A stretch of 32,000 nucleotides of DNA from Mucisphaera calidilacus (lineage in GTDB: Bacteria; Planctomycetota; Phycisphaerae; Phycisphaerales; Phycisphaeraceae). The notes under the pieces were generated by a model. The model was not told the origin of the DNA and did not search any database. It saw only the letters and a list, made by a program, of their open reading frames with translations. The position numbers were made by a program, and so were the translations under genes. Each line of letters starts with the position of its first letter. Position 1 is the first letter of the stretch. The DNA lies in assembly GCF_007748075.1 (NCBI RefSeq), contig NZ_CP036280.1, forward strand, positions 1,470,001 to 1,502,000, in the 5' to 3' direction. Positions 5,455-12,747 of this stretch are shown here, piece after piece.

Positions 5455-7179
5455 ATGAAGAACGCCTCGCCAATGAATCGCTCCGGCTTGCCCACCTTAA
5501 CCAGCCTGACACTATGCCTCGCCGGCGTCTCCGCCGTGCAGGCCCTTGAGATCGATGGCGTCCAGAACGCGGCCCTCGATCAGCCGCAGATCAACGCCGC
5601 CATCCGTCTCCCGGGCACCACCCAGCCGGTGACCGGGCTCGCCGAGGACCTGTTCGGCAACATCGTCGAGACCTTCAACATCCAGGCCTTCTACGACACC
5701 GGGGCCTCAGGCGTCCTCATGAGCACCCAGACGGCCGACGCGCTGGGCCTCACCCGAGCCCGGTTCGAGGGACAGGACGTCATCTTCGAAGACGTGGGCG
5801 TGGGCGGCGCCGACGCCTTCAACGTCTCCGAGCCTCTCATGATCGACCTCGCACCCTTCCCCAGCGTGGCGATCGACGACCCCGCGACCTACGACACCGT
5901 CTACACCCAGCGTTTCGGGCCGGTGCGGATGCAGGTCGGGCCGCTCGGCGGGATCAGCAACCCGCTGCTCCAGGGCCTCGACGTCTTCGGCATGCCACTC
6001 TTCGTCGACAAGTCCGTGCACATGGACGTCAGCCCGACGCACGACCTCTCGGGCAACATCAACACACGCGTCTACAACTATGGCAGCCGGGAGGCGGCCG
6101 CGATCCGCACGCAGCGGACGGTGCAGATGAGCTACGGCGACTTCGCCCGCTTCACCCGCGTCCTGCCCGACGGCGCCCAGGCACCGACGCTCCAGGGCAA
6201 CCCCTTCATCGGCCCCGACCCGGTCGCCGTGCTCAACGGCGACGCCGAGACGACCCAGGACGTGCCCGGAATCACCGTCCGCCACAACGGCCTGAGCCAG
6301 ACCGGCAGCTGGCTCTTCGACACCGGCGCAGCGGCATCCATCTTCTCCGAGGCACGAGCCGCAGAACTCGGCATCACCTACGACCCCGACTCCGAAGCGC
6401 CCGTCCTGCTGGTCGATGGCGTCGAAGCACCCAACCAGTTCCAGCTCTCCATCGGCGGCATCGGCGGGACCACGCAGCTCGCGGGCCTCTACCTCGACGA
6501 ACTCATCGTCCCGACCATCGAAGGCGACGGCGCAAACCCCGACGATCCCAAGCACCTCAAGTTCCTCAACGCCCCCGTCCTCGTCGGCGACATCACCGTC
6601 CTCGACCCCGTCACGCAGGAGTCCCTGACACTCGACGGCGTATTCGGCATGAACTTCCTCGCCGCATCGATCTTCATCACCGAGCCGTTCGGCATCGGCG
6701 ACCTGCGCGCCGGCGCTTTCAACGACCTCGTCTTCGATCACCCCACCGGCCAGCTGCGCATGCGCTTCAACCCCGACGTCGCGACCTTCGGCGACGTCAA
6801 CGTCGACGGACTGATCGACGCAGAAGACATCGACCTGCTCTTCGAACTGGAGGGCAACACCGACTACCTGGATTTCGCCGACCTCAACAACAGCGGCGCC
6901 GTGGACAACGCGGACGTGACCCTGCTCGTGACGGACGTCCTCAACACCACAGCAGGCGACGCCAACCTCGACGGACAGGTTGACCTACTCGACTTGTCAT
7001 CCCTTGCCGCATCGTTCGACGGCATCGGAGGCTGGTCTGATGGCGACTTCAACGGCGACCAGTGGGTCAACCTGCTCGACCTGAGCCTGCTCGCCACACA
7101 CTTCGAAACATCCAGTATTCCCGAGCCCGCGAGCCTGTTCATGGTTATGGCGGGGCTGCTACGCAGTTGTCGCCGGTGA
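5455..7179 (+). CDS. Secreted tandem retropepsin-like (double DTGA) aspartic protease with dockerin-like repeats and PEP-CTERM anchor (574 aa)
   Basis: Signal peptide ending AVQA/LE. Half 1: FYDTGASGVLMS..ADALGL (D81, nt 5695), GVGG, GLDVFGMPLF. Half 2: LFDTGAAASIFS..AAELGI (D289, nt 6319), GGIGG, LDGVFGMNFL. Four DxNxDGxxDxxD-type repeats span aa 446-550 (nt 6790-7104). Tail IPEPASLFMVMAGLLRSCRR. Confidence 0.85.
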   Translation: MKNASPMNRSGLPTLTSLTLCLAGVSAVQALEIDGVQNAALDQPQINAAIRLPGTTQPVTGLAEDLFGNIVETFNIQAFYDTGASGVLMSTQTADALGLTRARFEGQDVIFEDVGVGGADAFNVSEPLMIDLAPFPSVAIDDPATYDTVYTQRFGPVRMQVGPLGGISNPLLQGLDVFGMPLFVDKSVHMDVSPTHDLSGNINTRVYNYGSREAAAIRTQRTVQMSYGDFARFTRVLPDGAQAPTLQGNPFIGPDPVAVLNGDAETTQDVPGITVRHNGLSQTGSWLFDTGAAASIFSEARAAELGITYDPDSEAPVLLVDGVEAPNQFQLSIGGIGGTTQLAGLYLDELIVPTIEGDGANPDDPKHLKFLNAPVLVGDITVLDPVTQESLTLDGVFGMNFLAASIFITEPFGIGDLRAGAFNDLVFDHPTGQLRMRFNPDVATFGDVNVDGLIDAEDIDLLFELEGNTDYLDFADLNNSGAVDNADVTLLVTDVLNTTAGDANLDGQVDLLDLSSLAASFDGIGGWSDGDFNGDQWVNLLDLSLLATHFETSSIPEPASLFMVMAGLLRSCRR

Positions 7180-7458
7180 GCCATTCTTCTGATTCTTCCG
7201 ATCAACAGCGGCCCGGTAGCCCTCTCGCAACACCTTTAGATATAGCCTAATCGCTTGTAATTACTATTGTTATGCAAGATGGGGGCTTTTATGTAAACGG
7301 GGGTATTTTGCGCCGTTCAACACAATGCCGGGAGGAATATCGCGTTGCCACCGGTAGAGGGTGCATGGCCGGCAGGCTCTGCCTCAAGGGAGACCAAGGA
7401 CTACCCGGCAGCCGCCGACCCTACTCGGAGGATCGTCTCGGTTTTTTAAGGTTCGCCC

Positions 7459-8511
7459 ATGAAGTTCTCGCGCGAGCCGGAAAGGCGCAAGATGGTCACA
7501 CTAGCTGACGTAGCCAAGCACGCAGGAGTCTCAAAAACACAGGTGTCGTTCGTGCTCAACCGGAAAAACCTTCATCTGGTCAGTGCAGAACGACGAACAC
7601 GGATCTCCAAGGCGATCCGCGACCTCAACTACCGCCCCAACCAGGCGGCACGTCGTCTCGCGGGCAAGCCGAGTCACTTGCTCGGCCTTCTCCTGCCCGG
7701 CGGATCGGTCACGCCCTACGGACCGTTGATCCAAGGCGTACTCTCGACCGCACGACTGCGCGGGTACCAGGTCATTGTCGCACCGGCACCCACCTCGGCC
7801 GATGCGCTGCGGAAGTACATCGAGCACCTCGAGCCCTACGACCTCGACGGCATGATCTGTGTCGCCCGGCAGTCGATGTCACGCGTGACGGACCTCGGCA
7901 CCCTGATGGGCCGCTTCCGCAGGTCCGTCGTGATCGGACCCGAGGGGATCACCGGCGTCACCATCCAGGCCGACCACCGCACGGCAATGCGTGACGTCGT
8001 CCGGTACCTCGCGGAGTCGGGCCGGCGCAACATCGGCCTCATCCTGCCCGAGCAGGACGAGAGCCTGCGCACCGCCGAACGCCTGGCCGGTGTCGAGGAC
8101 GCCACCGCCGACCTGGGCTGGACGCGCAACGACGAGCTGACCTGGAAGTTCTCGCGGCGGACCCATCCCTGGCCCGACGAGAGCGAAGCGCAGGCCGCGG
8201 TCGATGCCCTGGTCGTGCGAGGCGGCGCCGACGCGATCATCGCCCACGACGACGCCTGGGCCGCCCGCATCCTCCAGACGCTCACCCTGCGTGGTCACCG
8301 CGTGCCCAAGGAGATCTCGGTGGTCGGCTACGGCAACCTGCCCTTCTCCGAACTCACCGCGCCCTCACTGACCACCGTCGACCTGCAGGAGCGCCGCATG
8401 GGCCTCACCGCCGTCGATCAACTCATCGACGCGATCGAAAACGACCGGCCCACAGAACGACGCGAGACCGTCGCCGTCGAAGCCTCCCTGATCCTGCGTG
8501 ACTCGGCCTGA
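7459..8511 (+). CDS. LacI family transcriptional regulator
   Basis: N-terminal HTH VTLADVAKHAGVSKTQVSFVLN, followed by a periplasmic-binding-protein-like effector domain. An alternative start at ATG 7492 (MVTLADV) is equally plausible. Confidence 0.85.
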   Translation: MKFSREPERRKMVTLADVAKHAGVSKTQVSFVLNRKNLHLVSAERRTRISKAIRDLNYRPNQAARRLAGKPSHLLGLLLPGGSVTPYGPLIQGVLSTARLRGYQVIVAPAPTSADALRKYIEHLEPYDLDGMICVARQSMSRVTDLGTLMGRFRRSVVIGPEGITGVTIQADHRTAMRDVVRYLAESGRRNIGLILPEQDESLRTAERLAGVEDATADLGWTRNDELTWKFSRRTHPWPDESEAQAAVDALVVRGGADAIIAHDDAWAARILQTLTLRGHRVPKEISVVGYGNLPFSELTAPSLTTVDLQERRMGLTAVDQLIDAIENDRPTERRETVAVEASLILRDSA

Positions 8512-8596
8512 TGAACCTGTCTGACTTGCCCAACGGGACCTCGTCGTGCCAAGGTCGTTCCGGCCTTCGGGGTCCCCACGGGCCTTTTCAAGATTC

Positions 8597-9196
8597 TTAG
8601 CCAGCGTTGACCGGCTCGCGACTCGCGGCCTCGCCATCGACAGTCACGCGCACCGGCTGCGGCCGGACATCGTGGTTCGGGTTGAGCGCGAGGTTGAGCG
8701 GCTTGCGATTGCCCTCGTCGTCGTACGGGATCGCGTCGCGGTCGATGATCTCCTGGATCGCCATGATCCCCTCGATGATCGTCTCGGGCCTCGGCGGACA
8801 ACCGGGAATGTAAACGTCAACCGGCAGAAACTGGTCAAGCCCCTGAACAACCGCGTACGTATCGAAAATGCCGCCCGTGGAGGCACACGCCCCCATCGCC
8901 ACGACCCACTTCGGCTCGGTCATCTGGGTGTAGATCCGCTGGATCACCGGGAGCGTCTTGATCGGCACACGCCCGGCAACAAGCATCAGATCGGCTTGCC
9001 TCGGGCTGAATCGCGTCACCTCGGCACCGAAACGAGCCAGGTCATACCGGCTGCATGCCGCGGCCATGTACTCGATACCGCAGCAGGCGGTGGCGTAAGG
9101 CATCGGCCAGACCGAGCTCCGACGCGACCAGTTGATCATCTTCTGCAGCTGCGTCGTAAGAAACATGCCCTGGGGCATAGCGGCTTCAATACCCAT
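8597..9196 (-). CDS. nuoB: NADH-quinone oxidoreductase subunit B (NuoB / 20 kDa, N2 cluster subunit)
   Basis: [26 protein letters not shown] and GCPPRPE motifs supply the four Cys ligands. AAGGAG lies 5 nt upstream of the ATG. No other nuo genes are adjacent. Confidence 0.9.
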   Translation of the reverse strand: MGIEAAMPQGMFLTTQLQKMINWSRRSSVWPMPYATACCGIEYMAAACSRYDLARFGAEVTRFSPRQADLMLVAGRVPIKTLPVIQRIYTQMTEPKWVVAMGACASTGGIFDTYAVVQGLDQFLPVDVYIPGCPPRPETIIEGIMAIQEIIDRDAIPYDDEGNRKPLNLALNPNHDVRPQPVRVTVDGEAASREPVNAG

Positions 9197-9331
9197 AGTC
9201 GCTCCTTTGTCTCAAACCAGTCTAGGGGCCGTTTCAGCGGCGGTCCCGGGCTCCCTTACACTCTATCGGAAACTCGGCGAGCCGCCGTCAGGCAAGCCAC
9301 CCTCACCGGCCACGACACCACGGAGAACGTT

Positions 9332-9973
9332 TTGGACAACCTCGAGGTACTGGGATTCCCGCTGGGGGCATGGCAGACCAACTGCTACATCCTCGCCACC
9401 GGCTCGACCTGCTGGCTCGTCGACGTCGGCTTCGAGCCCGAAACCATGCTGGACGCCGTCTCAGAGCGAGGCCTCACGCCCGAGCGGATCGTCCTCACCC
9501 ACGCCCACGTGGACCACATCGCCGGCCTCGAACAGGCCCGTGAACGTTTCCCAGGCGTACCGGTGGCGATTCACGAATCAGAAACCGAGTTCCTCCAGCG
9601 CCCCGAACTCAATCTCTCGGCGATGCTCGCGGAACCCATCACCTGCACCGAACCCGAAGAAACCCTCACCCACGGCCAGACGCTCACGCTTGGCGAATGG
9701 CCTTTCGAGGTCCGGCACGTCCCCGGACACTCACCCGGCGGGGTCTGCCTCTACCAGCCCAAATCAAACCTCGCGATCGTCGGCGACACCCTCTTCGCAG
9801 GCTCCATCGGCCGACACGACTTCCCGACCTCCGACGGCCCGCTCCTGCTCCAGTCGATCCGCGAGCAACTGCTGACGCTGCCCGACGAGACGAGCATCCT
9901 CCCCGGACACGGACCCGCATCGACCATCGGCACCGAACGACAGACCAACCCCTTCGTCGGCACGAACCCTTAG
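9332..9973 (+). CDS. MBL-fold metallo-hydrolase (glyoxalase II / YcbL-like)
   Basis: THAHVDHIAG (HxHxDH), HVPGHSPG and GRHDF motifs. The track ORF 8546..9973 has no ATG near the domain start and runs antisense through nuoB. The start is proposed at TTG 9332, preceded by GGAG at 9321-9324, and is uncertain. Confidence 0.75.
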   Translation: MDNLEVLGFPLGAWQTNCYILATGSTCWLVDVGFEPETMLDAVSERGLTPERIVLTHAHVDHIAGLEQARERFPGVPVAIHESETEFLQRPELNLSAMLAEPITCTEPEETLTHGQTLTLGEWPFEVRHVPGHSPGGVCLYQPKSNLAIVGDTLFAGSIGRHDFPTSDGPLLLQSIREQLLTLPDETSILPGHGPASTIGTERQTNPFVGTNP

Positions 9974-10971
9974 CCGACCTTGACCGGCAACCCGGTTTCG
10001 GCCGACCGATAGACGTGATCCATCAGCGTCGCCTGAATCAGCCCATTGCGCGGGCTCGTCAGCGGCTCGACCTTGCCCCTGATCGCATCAATGAAGTGAT
10101 CAAGCGGCTGTGACGAGCTGTTGGGGATCGGCGGATACTTGATCGGCCCCTTCTTGTCGAACACGCGGATCCACCGGCCGTTCCAGCCATCAACCTCGAT
10201 CCCGCCATCCTCAAAAAGGAAGGCCATGAACGACCCGATGTTGTGCTCACAGTCACCCGCAAGCGTGAGTTGAACCAGAATGTCCGGATCGAAGCGCGCC
10301 TGAAGCGCCATGTTGACGTCCACCGCTGCGCCACGGTTGTCGGTCTGGGCAAACACCTCGGTCGGCATCGCGTCAATCGTCCAGCACAGTGTATTCAAGG
10401 GGTGGGCGCCCGAGTCATACGAAAAACCGCCGCCCGAAATCGCCTTCACCTCACGCCACGAACCCTTGACGTAGTTCTTCCACCGCTGACTGATATACCC
10501 CGAGACCATCTGCAGCCGGCCAAAGGTCTTGTCGCGGATGCAGTCACGCACGTACTGCAGTTCCGGCGTGAAAGGCGCGTTGTAGCCGATCTGCACCTGC
10601 CGTCCGGTCTGCTCTACCCTCTCGATCACGCGTTCCGCGTCCGCGGCGTTGGTCACCATCGGTTTCTCAACCAGCACATCCAGCCCCGCGTCGACCGCGG
10701 CGATGATCTGATCGGCGTGGGAGGCGTGTGGCGTCGAGATCACCACCGCGTCTATCGGCCGATGCGCGAAAAACTCCGCCTCGCTCGTGTACCGCGCGAC
10801 CTCCAGGTCGCTGGCCTTCTCGTGATCGAGGATCCACGCGATGCGTGACGCGTCGATGTCACACAACGCGGCAATCTCAGCCCCCTCGTGTACCGTGACG
10901 GCATGAAAGTGCTTCCGCTGTATCCTGCCACACCCAAGCAGTCCGATCCGGGTTGTCTTCATGGTCGCCAC
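9970..10971 (-). CDS. Gfo/Idh/MocA family oxidoreductase
   Basis: N-terminal Rossmann signature TRIGLLGCGRIQRKH and family-typical length and architecture. Its stop overlaps the convergent MBL gene stop by a few nt. Confidence 0.85.
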   Translation of the reverse strand: MATMKTTRIGLLGCGRIQRKHFHAVTVHEGAEIAALCDIDASRIAWILDHEKASDLEVARYTSEAEFFAHRPIDAVVISTPHASHADQIIAAVDAGLDVLVEKPMVTNAADAERVIERVEQTGRQVQIGYNAPFTPELQYVRDCIRDKTFGRLQMVSGYISQRWKNYVKGSWREVKAISGGGFSYDSGAHPLNTLCWTIDAMPTEVFAQTDNRGAAVDVNMALQARFDPDILVQLTLAGDCEHNIGSFMAFLFEDGGIEVDGWNGRWIRVFDKKGPIKYPPIPNSSSQPLDHFIDAIRGKVEPLTSPRNGLIQATLMDHVYRSAETGLPVKVG

Positions 10972-11056
10972 CGGGTCCTGTCTCGTGAATCACGATGCGT
11001 GTCTGTTCGAGCTTGCTAGCTTAGCGTGTAGAAATCGTTTGGCCGAGGAATGATCC

Positions 11057-11464
11057 ATGAGCAGTAAAACAGCCGACACCTTCGTCGCAGAAAACACCAT
11101 CCACATCCGCGTCCGCTACGCCGAGTGCGACCCGATGGGACTCGCCCACCACGGCAGCTACCCGATCTGGCTCGAGATGGCCCGAACCGAACTGCTCCGA
11201 GAGCAGGGGGGTGTCTACAGGCAACTCGAAGAACAGGGCATCTTCTTTGTAGTCGCAAGGATGAGCCTCCGATACCAGCGCCCCATCCGCTACGACGACG
11301 AGATCGACGTCCGGGTCCGCCTCGAACCCTCCGCGGGCGTCAAACTCGTCCACAGCTACGAGATCACCCGCGACGGCGAGAAGCTGGCCAAGGCCCAAAC
11401 CACACTGGCCTGCGTCGACCGCGACGGCAAGCTCCGCCCCGTCCCCGAGGCACTGCTGGGCTGA
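11057..11464 (+). CDS. Acyl-CoA thioesterase, YbgC/4HBT hotdog family
   Basis: IRVRYAECDPMGLAHHGSYPIWLEMARTELLRE is typical of YbgC/FadM-type thioesterases. Length is 135 aa. Confidence 0.85.
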   Translation: MSSKTADTFVAENTIHIRVRYAECDPMGLAHHGSYPIWLEMARTELLREQGGVYRQLEEQGIFFVVARMSLRYQRPIRYDDEIDVRVRLEPSAGVKLVHSYEITRDGEKLAKAQTTLACVDRDGKLRPVPEALLG

Positions 11465-11643
11465 CGCTCCCGCTACAGGGGCATGCCGCCGCCGAGGTCC
11501 GATACCTCGGGTGACCCGATCGACTTACCCGAATCCGCACAAAGCCACCAAAGCCGATGGGGATTCCGGACGAAGGCCCTTCTATGCCGGCGGCCGCGTC
11601 GCCGCCTGTGCCCCTGACGCACGCCCGGTCGGGAGATGGCCCC

Positions 11644-12543
11644 ATGGATGGCAGCTCGGTCTGGTTTCTCGCAATCCTGATTCTGTCCGTCGCCACCTGG
11701 TTCCTGGGCGTTCAGATCGCTCGAAAACGCCCCGACATCTCAGACGCCCTCATCATCGGCGGACTGGTCGGCCTCGGGGTCTGGGCCTGGCTCATGCACC
11801 GCCCCGACGTCGGCACCCAGCTGATCCCGACACGCGTGCTCGCCTATCTGGAAGGCGTCGGCAGCGTACCGCTCTTCATGCTCCTGGTCGGCGCTGCCTT
11901 CGGACGCTCCCGCAGCACCCGCGAGGGCGGTTTCACAGCCATGGCAGGCATGCTCGGGATGGTCTACCTCTTCTACGGAGGCTGGTGGATGCTCCAGAGC
12001 ACCCCGGCACACGCCTTCGGCGGACAGAGCCGCACACCCGCCGTCATGCAGACACACGATTACAGCTGCGTCGCCGCTTCATGCACCACCACCCTGCGAC
12101 TCGTAGGCATACAGACCTCCGAAGCAGAGATGGCCGAACTGACCATGACCCGGCCCGGCAGCGGATCCACCCTCATCCGCGCCGCACACGCCATGTCCCG
12201 AAAAATGGGCGACCAGGCCGAGGTCGCCATCGTCGAGATGCCCTACGAGCACCTCGACACCATGCCCATGCCCGCCATGACGCCACTCCGCTTCGAGTCC
12301 TCGCGCTACCACATGGTCACCCTGCTCCGTGTCGGCGATAGGGGGGTCTGGCTGCTCGACCCCGTCGACGGACTGGTCTACATGGCCGAACCCACCTTCC
12401 GAGGGGTCTACCAGCGCCGCCTGCTCATCCTCGGACCCGCCTCACCCACCATGCTGGCCCGCGCCGACGCGAAGATCGACCGCCTCCTGAGGATGGTCCA
12501 CGCCCTGCGACGCGACACCCTCGCACAAAAGACCGGCACCTGA
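11644..12543 (+). CDS. Membrane protein with four predicted N-terminal TM helices fused to a C39-like cysteine peptidase domain
   Basis: C39-type motifs are Q165-x5-C171 (QTHDYSCVAASC, Cys codon 12067-12069), H252 in YHMVTLL (12310-12312) and LLDPVDG. Hydrophobic segments lie upstream. Residues are numbered from ATG 11557. Start at ATG 11644 is preferred (GGGAGA 7 nt upstream, atypical codon bias upstream of it); 11557 and 11584 are alternatives. Confidence 0.7.
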   Translation: MDGSSVWFLAILILSVATWFLGVQIARKRPDISDALIIGGLVGLGVWAWLMHRPDVGTQLIPTRVLAYLEGVGSVPLFMLLVGAAFGRSRSTREGGFTAMAGMLGMVYLFYGGWWMLQSTPAHAFGGQSRTPAVMQTHDYSCVAASCTTTLRLVGIQTSEAEMAELTMTRPGSGSTLIRAAHAMSRKMGDQAEVAIVEMPYEHLDTMPMPAMTPLRFESSRYHMVTLLRVGDRGVWLLDPVDGLVYMAEPTFRGVYQRRLLILGPASPTMLARADAKIDRLLRMVHALRRDTLAQKTGT

Positions 12544-12556
12544 TCCGACCCGTGTT

Positions 12557-12584
12557 TTGACGGTGTCCGACGATCCTCTACACT
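12557..12584 (+). promoter_or_regulatory. Candidate promoter for ppdK (TTGACG-16-TACACT)
   Basis: Hexamers at 12557-12562 and 12579-12584. The leader of about 160 nt contains an 8-bp hairpin CGGGCTGC-CAGAAC-GCAGCCCG at 12639-12660. Confidence 0.3.
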
Positions 12585-12747
12585 CTCCTATCCACAGGTC
12601 GGTGCGTGATATCCCGACCCTCCCGCATGCAGTCAAATCGGGCTGCCAGAACGCAGCCCGGATACGCCGGATCGCTCCCGCAGGTAGCGACGGCATTGCC
12701 ACCAACGCGGAGACTGCTCCGCAGCCCGAGGAAGGATCGCCCCCAGC

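Noticed and set aside
7272-7508. 78-aa ORF upstream of and overlapping the LacI gene start.
   Set aside because: Poor codon bias and no motifs. It overlaps the regulator's start region and is more likely part of the leader or promoter region.
8546-9331. 5' extension of about 260 codons on the MBL-hydrolase ORF (track 8546..9973).
   Set aside because: The extension runs antisense through the whole nuoB gene, is Arg/Pro-rich with no similarity to MBL proteins, and the MBL domain only begins near 9340. The CDS was trimmed to a TTG start at 9332 with an upstream GGAG.
11557-12543. Whether the polytopic Cys-containing membrane protein could be the missing exosortase.
   Set aside because: It has only about four TM helices and a soluble C-terminal domain with C39-type Q/C/H/D motifs. 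It lacks the eight-TM EpsH/Xrt architecture with Cys, Arg and His in the membrane core.
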